From Octopus sinensis (lineage: Eukaryota), in assembly GCF_006345805.1 (NCBI RefSeq), contig NC_043002.1, forward strand, positions 100,440,001-100,504,000: 64,000 nt of DNA. Reading direction: 5' to 3'. The notes beneath the pieces were generated by a model that was not told the DNA's origin, did not search any database, and was given only the letters and a program-made list of their open reading frames with translations. Of the stretch, positions 1 through 12,037 are shown in pieces. The position numbers and the translations under genes were made by a program. The number at the start of each line of letters is the position of its first letter. Positions within the stretch are counted from its first letter, which is position 1.

Positions 1-466
1 AAGATAAGATAGAACAACAGCAACAGCAAGAACAACAAGATTGTAATGGAAAAGTAGTTAATGCAATTATATTATTATAATATAGTCTGAAAAAGCAGCT
101 GGGACTTCGTTAATAACACAAATAATCCAGTCAAGAGAGAAATATCTTAATGATAACCGTTACTGCTGTCTCTTCATAATATTAAGATATATTCTACCAG
201 AACTAAGTTTTAGCAAACCTTCTATGGAGAACCTAATTACTAATTAATTCTGAATCTTTCTTTAGATATTCGATAAATTAAATTAAAATGCATTGAAAAT
301 TTCAAAAAACAAATTAATTAAATTGAATTGATAATTAATATCTTTTATATCTTTTACTTGCCAGGAAGTATTTTTCACTTATATTTTGTTTTAGCTTTCT
401 TGGAATGTTTACCAATGGATTTTAAATCTCTTTTATCTTTTTACATGTGATGTTTTGTGTGCGAGT

Positions 467-523
<57 letters not shown>

Positions 524-860
524 GCGTGCATGTGTGCGGCGTGCATGTATCCGCATGTGTATACAGGTGTCATAAAAAAGAAAAATGATAAAACTTGAAG
601 CTCTTCGTATAAAGTACCGATATTTATCTGAGGATTTAAAATGATTTTCAAATAGAATAAAATTTTCTTGAGCAAACATGTAACTTTTTTATGTGAATAT
701 AATATAATCGATTATTAAAGTCTTTAATTGCTTTATTTTTTAGAAACTTCTTATACGAATTTTTCTCTCTCTCTCTCTTTCTCTCTCTCTAACACACACA
801 CACAAACATAGATACATACATGCATAAATATACACACACACGTGCATACACACACATATA

Positions 861-891
<31 letters not shown>

Positions 892-1138
892 CAAAGTAAG
901 CAACAAGGATATCCAGAGGTAATGCAGTATGATCGTTTCATGCGACTTTATTTAATTGAACAATGTATTCATTTTATTACATCAATTTAAAATGTAGAGC
1001 AATCTTCAGCTGCACAAAGGCATAGAACTTAATTAAATTAGAAGGACACATTAGTATAATTTTACCTAAAATCTCAAAGAGGATAAGGAGATAGACAAAG
1101 AAAATGTTTTACCAACAACATCATAGTTGTAACTAAGA

Positions 1139-1140
<2 letters not shown>
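892..1140 (-). mobile_element. Probable Penelope-like fragment between (TA)n tracts
   Basis: Unique-looking sequence bounded by (TA)n, with a degenerate hammerhead motif at 922-1015. Confidence 0.35.
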
Positions 1141-1179
<39 letters not shown>

Positions 1180-2151
1180 CCACAAAAATATTAGCAACAG
1201 CACACAAACATGCACTAAACACACATATATAGATGCATAATCGCGTATATTTTATATTACCATGAATAAAGGCTTTTATATATTGCATGAAGTAGTACTT
1301 ATTACAAAAATATAGATTGTGCAACTTATTTCGACAAAGAGTACTGTTAATAGTGACTTCGAATTTTCGCTATCTACGTAGCTTTAAACTCACTGTCAGC
1401 ATTTTCTTTGGAGTGAATGAGTAACCTTTTTCTAAACAGAGCACTCCTTCACGTACAGGTTTAAGGGAAATTCCATTTCCCATCTGGAGACTCACTCTGA
1501 ACTAGCAATTGCGAAATCCGTCTCCACGAAAGACAATCGTACTCTATGAATTTGCTGTATCCATCGACAGGAATAATTAACTATTTTATTGTTGCCATCA
1601 GATGTACACCCTATTAATGAACGTCAAGCCCCTGGCAGCTGACGAACCTGATGTAATATTCTAGTTTTCTTTATCTTACACAGGAGGGCAGAGTAGTTAA
1701 TCCCGGCCACCCATACAGAATATAGTGTAACCATGCTGATCATCCAGCTTCAGTTGCAATCAATTTAGATTCTTCCAACGTACAATGCCTGCAGCAAGTA
1801 GTGAGTTAATAATCTTCTGAACGACCACTGAGCCACTGACTCTCATCAACATTCAAACAGCCTGTGTAGTACCCAAGACAAGGAAATCATGTTACTGAAT
1901 ACATACATACCGCACCACGTGGCCTAAGCTCACCAATAGAGACTTAACATCTAGAAGCCATCTGAAACTTTGCTTAAATTTCTCTCTCTTTTTGTATCTG
2001 ATGAGATGGAGTCGTCCCATGTACCAAGGAAACTTGAAGTCATACAGAGCTGATTCAAGTATTTATCATGCGCGCGTGCGCGCAGGTGTTTGTCTATGTT
2101 GTGTGTGCATGTGTGTATGTATTTGTATTCGTACATGTGTGTGTGCGTATA

Positions 2152-3417
2152 CGAGGGACGTTCAATAAGTAATGCCTCTGACCCACTTGCTGAAATTTTG
2201 CATGTGGAATTATTTATATCTCTATAAAGTAAGTGGTAAATTACAGCTCTGAATTAATTGTGGTTTCTGATTTACAGGTGTTTGAACCGAGTCAAGTGTG
2301 AAATGGAGCCTGTTGAGTGTCGAGCAGTGATCCGGTTTTTGTATTTGAAAGGACGCACACCACGGGAGACTTTTGATGAAATGAAAGTAACTTATGGTGA
2401 TGATGCCCCATCATATGACCTTGTAAAACGCTGGCATCGTGAATTCAAACATTGTCGGAACTCTGTGGAAACACCTCCCATATCTGGTCACCCCCTTCTG
2501 CCATTGATGAGGCATCTGTCCGTCAAGTTGAGGCTGCCATTTTGGAAGATCGACGCATAATTATTCGCCAAATAGCCCATGAGGTCAAGATTAGTACCGG
2601 GTCTGTGGAAACTATCATTCATGACCATTTGCATATGCAAAAAGTGTCTGCCAGATGGATTCCCAGGTTGCTCACGCCTTTCCAGAAGCAAGAACGCGTC
2701 GAGTGCTCGAGGGTGAATTTGGAAATGTGCCAAGAAGATGAGTCAAAATTTTTCAAAAGACTGATTACACAGGATGAAACCTGGGTCCATCACGATGATC
2801 CAGAGACCAAAGCCCAGTCAATGCAGTGGAAGCACCGTGACTCACCCTCTCCAAAGGGTGCAGCCCTCCGCTGGCAAGGTCATGCTCACAGTCTTCTGGG
2901 ACCAGGACGGAGTAGTGATGACAGATTTCCTGGCAAAGGGTACCACAATTGCAGGAGCCTATTATGCTTCCCTTTTGAGGAAATTAAGAGAAGTTATCAA
3001 AATCAAGAGGCGGGGCAAGATCAGCAAAGGCATCCTCCTCCTGCAGGACAACGCTCCGGTCCACAACTCGCGTGTCGCCAGATCAGAAGCACAGGCATAT
3101 GGCTATGAACTCCTCCCCATCCCCCCTACTTTCCTGACCTTGCACCCTCTGATTTTCACCTCTTCCAAATGATGAAGTTGTTTTTGAAAGGAAAGCGTTT
3201 CCCAGATGATGTAGCCTTGATTTCTGAAGTCACGTTGAGGTTGGAGGACCAAGCTGGGTTCTTCTACAAAAACGGTCTCCAGAGCCGCATCAAACGATGG
3301 GAGAAATGCGTAACTCTGGGTGGTTGCTATGTAGAAAAAGACTAATAATTGTGCCAATTTCGTTGCTCTACTGCTATGGGAAGTGGGTCAGAGGCATTAC
3401 TTATTGAACGCCCCTCG
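2152..3417 (+). mobile_element. Full-length (1266 bp) mariner DNA transposon, irritans/Himar1-Hsmar2-like subfamily
   Basis: 37-bp TIRs cgaggg(a/g)cgttcaataagtaatgcctctgacccactt (2152-2188 and 3381-3417, one mismatch); TA target duplications at 2150-2151 and 3418-3419. Confidence 0.97.
2303..3344 (+). pseudogene. Mariner DD34D transposase disrupted by about three frameshifts
   Basis: Pieced from three supplied ORFs plus the C-terminal frame: MEPVECRAVIRFLYLKG..., WIPRLL, ITQDETW, AGKVMLTVFWD, LLQDNAPVH, PYFPDLAPSDFHLF ... RWEKCVTLGGCYVEKD*. There are 34 residues between the second and third Asp. Confidence 0.95.
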
Positions 3418-3774
3418 TATGTGTGTGTGTGTGTGTGTGTAAGTGTGAGTGTGTCGGTGAAGAGTGTGAACAGATCACTGATACTCAAAGAAATTATACA
3501 TATAATAGAACAAGGTGCTTCTGGATATTTGCACTTGATCCCGTCTCAGACATTGTCTAATCACTCTCACTACTCAAAATACGGCGAAGAGATTGGACTT
3601 GAAGAGAGTTCTAACCAACGACGCTCTCCTTCATCAATTGCAATGTAAAATACAGAGTCAGTAGTGAACTCAGAAAGAAGAGCTTTTGGGCCTGAAATAT
3701 GAACATTTTTGTAAGACTTTCCGCACTGTCAGAAGCTTTCATATTTTCCCTCTTCTTTCCCTTCACGTAAATAC

Positions 3775-3845
<71 letters not shown>

Positions 3846-3849
<4 letters not shown>

Positions 3850-4050
3850 ATCCAAACAGAAAACACAAATAAACACAACAACGAGAGGACGTGGAACAAA
3901 TATAGTATTATTGGACGCTCAGGAAAGAAGGGAAGAAGGAGGGTTTAACGTTTCGAGCGGAGTTCTTCGTCGGAAACATAGGAGAAGGAAAGATCCCGAG
4001 AAGGGAAGACAGAGGAAAAAAATCGCCAACGGTACACTCGAGGTCACATT
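3846..4050 (-). mobile_element. Penelope-like terminal repeat fragment carrying a hammerhead motif
   Basis: Reverse-complement homolog of 56775-56982; abuts (TA)n; contains a mutated hammerhead core. The Penelope call is inferred from the ribozyme, since no RT or GIY-YIG sequence is seen. Confidence 0.6.
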
Positions 4051-4067
4051 GATTGATTGATTTCAAA

Positions 4068-4246
4068 TCCTGGCACAATGCCTGCAATATTGAGGGAGGT
4101 AGTTAGTCGATTACATTAACTGGTACTTATTTTATCGAGCCCAAACGGATGAATGGCAAAGTCGAACTTGAACTCAGAACGTAAGACGGACGAAATAACG
4201 TTAAGCATTCTGCCCGACTGCTAACGATTCTGCCGGCTCGCGCCTT
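4068..4246 (-). mobile_element. tRNA-derived SINE family B, diverged
   Basis: Reverse complement of the B head ggcgagccggcagaatcgttagc and body gttctgagttcaag. Confidence 0.8.
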
Positions 4247-4257
4247 TACATACATAC

Positions 4258-4292
<35 letters not shown>

Positions 4293-4864
4293 CAAATCAA
4301 AAATAAAACCAAAAGCTGGGAAAACAACAAAAAGTAAGAATACCGTACACAGTGAATGTATTAGACTGATGCTCAGAGAAAGTTTAAGATGGAATAAAAA
4401 ACGTTGCGTGTGACGTTTCGAGCATGGCTCTTCGTCAGAAAGTTTGGAGAGAAGAAAATGAATAGTCTGAGGAAAGGACGTGTTCCCTTACAGTGTAAAT
4501 TAGAAGACATGTAATAATGCCTCATATCACTCAAAACTAGGTATTAGTCAAAACTACTTATTACTATTCAACATATAAGTAAAAATTAGATATTAGTATT
4601 CGACAAAGTTAAATTTTTTATCAGTAGCATTTTCTTCAAATACTTCTTTTTCACTTTTCCGAGATCAATACAACAACATACCAGGTAAACACTAAGATTC
4701 CATATAATCAATATAATCGTCTGTATCCTTACACCAAGATGGTGACCTAGTGCCTGTGTACAAATAAATTCTTTCTTTATTTGAATATATGTTTCCAATC
4801 TCATAGATTTTTCAATCCACCCCTACCTTGTTTCCCCTCATTTACCCCCCACTCTATGTTTCTT

Positions 4865-4911
<47 letters not shown>

Positions 4912-5355
4912 TTTCTCTTTCTATCCCAGTTTCTTTCCCATTCTCTTCTCTATCTTGCCCGTAACACTTACTTATCGTTTTGTCATTCTTACACTGGTCA
5001 TTTACATAACAGTAAAAATAGTTTGTATGATATGTTTTTCGTGATGTGCTTTAGCATATGTCATTGATATTCAAAACAAATATTCGTCATGTTTTCTGGT
5101 CACACATACAGTTAGTCGAGACACGTGTTGGCTTCCCTGTAAGCATCTCCCATGTTTTCTTAAATATGAACAGATGTTTCCCTTTTCTTTTTTTTTTTTT
5201 TGGTCAGTTGTGAATAATTAGCTACAACGCACACGTTTATTCAATCTTTATTTACTTCGCTGTATGTGTAGTATTGATACTCCACATGCAAACAAAATAA
5301 TACAACCCCTCACACAGGCATGCCTACAGGCACACAAACACACACACATACACGC

Positions 5356-5420
<65 letters not shown>

Positions 5421-6269
5421 GTGTGTGTGTATGTATATTATAATGGAATGATTACTATGAAGCATTCTGTAGAATATATTGTATAAAAGATTGTAGGTAA
5501 GGCCCAAAAAATGCGAAGTAAATGCAAGGTAAATCACAAGAACACAGACATGTGAATTAATTTTGACTTACATTGCCTTCAATATTTCTGGGTTATGACC
5601 CCATTTCCTGGAGGTCATATATTTGTTTTCTTGTGATTTACTCTGCATGTTCTCTCCCTGCTCGCCGCGTTCTCACGTCACTCCTACAATGACACAAGTG
5701 CTAAGTTGCATCGACCTTCGTTACCAACCTTCGTTCTGAATGAGCATCAGCGGCGGGGAGTTGACAGAAATGCAGGAGAAGGAAACTGCCACACCTCTTC
5801 AAATAATATTGTTAGGGGTTATTCGAGGAAATGTAAAAATACAAGTATGTGCAAATATATACTCAACCTTGAGGGCTTGAGTTCCTATATATTCAGCATT
5901 ACAATCTTTCAGCAGAGAACGTAAATGAATAACGGGTTCAGCTCTACTGGAAGTCTTTACACAATGCTCCATATATTATTATTATTGACCCCACCAGATT
6001 TTATGATATGGCGATTATCTTTGTGTTTATTGGAATATTTTCTGGTGGAAATTAAATCTGTTTTCATGTTCTTAATAATTGGTACATGTTTACGTAATGG
6101 ATGCTTATATCTGTAGGGCTGATTATTCAGAATAACATTAGTCTGAAAAGAACTTTAATTTTTAACCTCTTTCGTTTTTGAATTGTTTGAGGAGACATTT
6201 TTCTGTGTGTGTGGGTGGGAGGGTAGCATTTTTCAGACCCTCTCTGTGGAGAATTGTTTCAAATTTTAG

Positions 6270-6468
6270 AATAATGCCATTAATTTCGGGAGAAGAAAGT
6301 ACGTGGAGTACATCAACCCCAGTATTCAACTGGCACTTATTTTATCGATCTCGAGAGGACAGAAGGCAAAGTCAGCCTCGGCGGAATTTGAACTCAGAAC
6401 GCAAAATGGACGAAATGCTGCTAAACATCTTATCCGGCATGCTAACGATTCTGGCAGCTCGCTGCCTT
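6270..6468 (-). mobile_element. SINE family B
   Basis: ggcggaatttgaactcagaacg and ctggcagctcgctgcctt blocks. Confidence 0.85.
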
Positions 6469-8351
6469 TTTCTCTGTTGACATTAAGGAGAGTTGTTTAC
6501 TCGCAGAACATAATATACTTATAGATTGTCTTCAACCATATATTTACGATGTATGATAATCTCTATAACGATAAGATTCATTAATTACCTTGACATAAAA
6601 CTAGACGTGAGCACAGACAAACAATACCTCTCCCAAAAAGTAAGAAAATGAAACAGTATATATGGATAGATGCTCTAACCGCCATCTCACAACCATAGCA
6701 ACATTTGAAGCTAAGTATATGAAGAATAATATCAAAACTTTCACCAAACAGAATATATTTCCAAAAACCTCCCATTGCAAAGCTATATTACCAAGAAGCG
6801 GCTACAATGAAAATTGAAATAAATGAAACGCCCCATGAACCAAAAATAAAAGCGAAAGGAAAGAAATCGTGTGATACAATCCACCAGACTATATGACAGT
6901 AGCTGCGAATCCACAAATCTTCCTGTCTTGAAGCGAGCTCTACTACACATAACTGCTACGAAATTTAATAACAAAACACATGAAGACGAGATGCAGTTGC
7001 TCAAATGATATAGACTTCCTTTCCATTGAATTGTATATTTTATAATTACCATTCTATAGCATATTTTTCTGCATCGTATATTCAGTCACTTCGTTTCTGC
7101 TGCACTAAGTAATCCAAGCAAAAATGTGTGTATGGCAACATTCCATGTTCAGTTCAATGGCTTGCATTCTACTTTACGCTTTTGTACATCCAGTTTTTAA
7201 AGACCGTATAACTTCTCTAGTTTCATCTTTCTATATTCTCTCATATAAAGGAGACACGTGGTCTGAGAGATAACAATTACAACGCTTCTTCTGTCGATAT
7301 GGCTATAATGCTGTATTTGAAATATCAATGTTTCACTGAATTAAGAGTTTATCCGTTTATAAACTATCTGTTTAATAATGCCTGCGGTGTAAAACCGGGA
7401 AGTTTAAAAACCATCACATTTCACAGGGGTGGTGTTAATGGCGCACTCACTTTGACAAGCATCTGGATAAGGCCCCAATTCCGAGGATAACTTTCGCCTT
7501 TTCTTCCGGCAATTATGTAGATTCTGAACACGGTCGTAGTCTCTATACTTTCCTCGTTTAATCCAGATAAACAAAAATAAAACTTTAGAATATCGTTTTC
7601 TGTGTGGATGATTTCCATTTATGGTTTCCGTTGATTGATTGTAAAATGCATTGAAATCCGCCAGTTTCAATGTACGTTAGTAACAAGTCGGTGAGCAGAA
7701 ACAAAATCAATACTATTTCACTTTCATCACATAAATTGTGTCTACTGATACTGGATTAGCTATATTAACACAAAATATCGAGTAATTTACGACGTATATG
7801 AATTAAACCACGTTTCTTGATGGTCAAAGAGATTTATAATTCTTCATCCGAGGTGCTGATATGAATCTTCTGATACGAATCTTCTAACGGATTCTATTCT
7901 TTATACCCAGCTCATAATGTTTCATGAATTACTCACAACACCGTGGTATGTTTATGCGAACGACCTTGCTTTGCTTCTCGTGCATTTTTGTTCGTAGCTT
8001 TTCAATAAGCTTAAATATTCCTACTTAATTCCTGGATCTCTGGAACATTCTTATGTAACTCTATTATGCAATCGATTTCAATAGGTACAATATTTCTTGC
8101 ATGATTGTGTTACCAGAGTCGACGCATTACAGGCTTTTAGCTTAGGTTCGGACTGAAAAAATATTATGCGGAGAATTTGATAGACGAAAACTGTACGGAG
8201 GCACTTATGTATATGTGTACAAGTGTGTGGTTGTGTATGTGTGTGTATGTGTGTGTATGTATGGTGTTTGTGTGTGTTTTATAGAGGAAGAGAGCTTCAA
8301 TATATGATGCTGCAGAGTTTCTCGTTTATCTAAATAAAAATGTTTTTCTTA

Positions 8352-8600
8352 AGGTGCATGATCTTGTGGTTAGGGTGTTACTCTCGCTATCACCAGATCA
8401 GGAATTCGAGTCCGGGACCAGCCGGTGTATTGTGTTCTTGAGTAAAACACACCATTTCATGTTGCTGCAGCACAGTACTGTGTCGGGACTGTCGCGTGTC
8501 GCAAAAGACGTTGAGACAGGATTTGCAATGCAGCCTCGGTAAACCCTCTCCAAGAACGACTACTCCAAAGGGGACTCATGAGAGTTTTCGTCTGAGCGGT
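8352..8600 (+). mobile_element. SINE family C, old copy
   Basis: attcgagtccgggacc...tgtgttcttgagtaaaacac...ttcatgttgctgcag. Confidence 0.65.
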
Positions 8601-9228
8601 GCAAAGGCATCATCTACCAAGAGTAATACAGAATCTCAAGGAAACTGTGGTAGCAGCGATGCGTTATTATAGCGCATGTCACCATACTGCTGCCACTTTT
8701 TTTCTCAAAAGGTTATCATCAGTTGATCGCTGGATCTAACATTTGACTCAGCAGAAAATATTTTTCAGTTCAGACGTGAATGACTGTATGTGTGCCATGT
8801 GTGCGCACGCGTGTGTAGGTTATGTATGTACCTGTTAATGAAGTTTAAGTCATTAAACATTGATATACCGAAACTATCATTCGAGCATGCTAAGCCCTAG
8901 CTGGCCTGTGCACTATCGCAGGATATATAGACTCTGCCACCACCCGATGTGAGATTATTGCCTACTGAATGTACCAGGTCATGACGCAGCCAACCAAACT
9001 GATATGTAATCTGTCACTACCAAACCAATAGTCTATCCAACAAGTAACTGCGGTCCCTGAAATTTTTACGGTTGATTTATGCAAACATGCTATCTGCTCT
9101 ATTGCATGGACATGTAATGAAAGAACGATTGCAGCTTGCTTGCTCAAGCACCAACGTAATCTAACCTGATTAACGGATACCTAAATACTTTCTCGTAGAA
9201 GCTATTTTCGAGTTCCTCCTAATTTCTC

Positions 9229-9302
<74 letters not shown>

Positions 9303-9748
9303 GCTGGCGGTGTTGATGTGTTCTGAACCCAGGAAGTTCAACTAACTTTTAACCAATAAATTTTTATTTGATATATCGTTATGCACAATAATATATAATA
9401 GTCACAAATAGTTTACATATTATTATCTTATTTTTTATTTAATCATTACATATCGTTTAGGCATTTTTTCAGCACAAGGTCACATTTTATTGAGCTAACA
9501 CATGTTCAAAGACGTTGCAACTATGAGCAATCCATCTTTATTGAGTCATAGCGATGCATATCATTTCTGTTTTAGGTATATCTTGCTGATGTTTTTCTAC
9601 AAACGCCCGAGATTTCGTCTGGATTCTTTTACTTGAAATGGATTCTTCATAATATATTGAAACAAACTATATCGTTAATTTACTATGTACTCTAACAGCT
9701 GCTAAAATTAGACAATGAAAAGATATATATTATTATTAAGTGGTTTTA

Positions 9749-9960
9749 AGGAGGCGATCTGACAGAATCGTTAGCTCGTCGGGCAAAATACTAAGCGACA
9801 TTTTGTCGGACTTTATGTCCTGAATTCAAATTCCCCCGACGTCAATTTTTTCTTTTATCCTTTTGGATCAAATGAGTACCATTTGAGCACCGCGGCCGAT
9901 GTGATCGATTTAACCACTTCCCCGAAAGTGTTGGACTTGTGCCGAAGGTTTTAAGCCATT
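9749..9960 (+). mobile_element. SINE family B, diverged
   Basis: aaggaggcgatctgacagaatcgttagc...ctgaattcaaattccc. Confidence 0.75.
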
Positions 9961-11013
9961 ATCAAATTGTCTTGAGAGCAATGGATAGTAAGAATCATAA
10001 AAATGTTGAAGCTAAATGCATTTAGAGTCGCGATCTTCGGCAACCAACTTGTCTTTCACCTTGCAGGAACGATATAATATAGTATTTATCGAGTACTGGG
10101 TTGGATTTAATGCTTTCACTCTGTTCCATCACATCTTAAACCCTGTGCATTATGCTAGAATAAGTTCATTTTTTCCTTATACCTACATCAGAAATTATTA
10201 TTACCAAGTGGCTTTACGTCACTATTAGAAATCATTGTTTTTAACGCAGCTTCGTCAGCATAAACATTTGTTTATATACTTGCTCTGATATATAAATTTG
10301 AATTCAAATCCCGGTGACAGTGAATTTACATTTCACGAATCAAAATGTATGATCTGTGTTACGGAAGTTAGTGTGAATGTTAGAGTACTACGCGAAATAA
10401 AGTGATCTTAAGTTTAAGTTCAAATCCTATCCAGATTGAGTATGTTTTATATTCCCCGAGGGCTGGTAAAATAAGCATTCTCAGATGTAGAAGGCGAATA
10501 AATCGATTACCCTATTTTTCCATAATTAGTACCATCATTTCAAAGTCAGAGAACATGTTATAAATATTAACTGGCAGAATCATTTGCACGTTCAGTAAAA
10601 TGATTAGTGGCGGCATTTTGCCCGTCTTTATGTTCTGAATTCAAATTCATCATCAACATCATTATCATTATCGTATGAGTAAGCCCCTATTTCATGCCCC
10701 GGCGTCATAGAAAACATCACTCAGTTTATATTTCTAATAAAACACTTGTTTGCGGGGTCGATCTTGCTAGGTTCTGCAGGCCTGCAAAGGCTGTGGAAAA
10801 AAGGATCCAAGGACGGGACCGTCATAGTTAGATTGTTCTTAATCATAGTTCCACTCCATCACAACTAACCTGAACAGAAGCAAAATCGACTACAATATCA
10901 TCATCATCATTATCTTATCATCATCATCATCATCTTTCTTACTAAGCGCTTTTAAAATGCCAGCATTAGCATATATATATATATATATATATACATACAT
11001 AAACACACACACA

Positions 11014-11131
<118 letters not shown>

Positions 11132-11474
11132 TATATATACTGTAACATCTGAAAAACAAAAACATGTCACCAAATACCTACAAAAATAATAAAAGTACAA
11201 ATAATTACAGCTGTCGCAAGGAAACTGTTTCTCCGCTCAGGAAGCAATGCATACAAAAAAAAACACATCATATACAAATGCACAATTGCCCCATCACAAC
11301 TTAAATACGTATGCATAGGACCCTTCGAAAACCAATTTAAAGTCCGTTATCTCAACCATGTATCCCCGTTCTGAAGATAAGCAGCCGACATGCAACATCA
11401 CGAGCAGACCTTAGATTAAAAGGAAAAATAAAATATGAAATACAATGGTCAAAAATATATTACTCCTCCGTTCC

Positions 11475-11848
11475 AGACTGGTCAACAGAAGAGGCCCAGT
11501 CATTCTTCATGATAAAGCTCGATCACACATTTCACTAATGACGCTCCACAAGTTAAAGGAATTTCGCTACGAAGTTCTTCCCCACCCAACTTATTCTCTA
11601 GACCTTTCACCTGGCAGCTACCACTTTTCAAGCAACTCCATGGTTTCCTGCTAGAGAAGGAAATAACAAATCAAACCGATGCTGAAGGTGCGTCCAAAGA
11701 TTCATCAGGTTCAGAACTCCAGACTTTTAGGTTACAAACTCGTGTTGATTGTAATGGTACCTACTTTGAGGAATAAAATTTCCGTATTGTTGAAATATAT
11801 TGGGATAAAGTTTGTTTCAAAACGTTGCTTACAATTTACTCAGCCTGA
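11475..11848 (+). mobile_element. Decayed 3' fragment of a mariner, cecropia/Hsmar1-like
   Basis: RLVNRRGPVILHDKARSH...LHKLKEFRYEVLPHPTYSLDLSPGSYHF, a ...VDCNGTYF* remnant, and a degenerate right TIR ending cagcctga-TA. Confidence 0.85.
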
Positions 11849-11932
11849 TATTACTACTGGATAGCACAGGGTAAATTTGAAGGTAAACGAGCTTTATACT
11901 GTACTCTTTTACGTTCTTAATAGAACCTAACT

Positions 11933-11966
<34 letters not shown>

Positions 11967-11995
11967 ATATATATATGTAGGTGCTTATATATATA

Positions 11996-12035
<40 letters not shown>

Positions 12036-12037
<2 letters not shown>

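Noticed and set aside
1998-2040. CTGATGA...GAAAC spacing resembling a hammerhead
   Set aside because: No stem II closes next to GAAA, and there is no stem I.
7911-7945. 35-nt exon-like segment (ccAG|...TG|GTATGT)
   Set aside because: It would shift the frame in the phase-0 intron and has no homology support.
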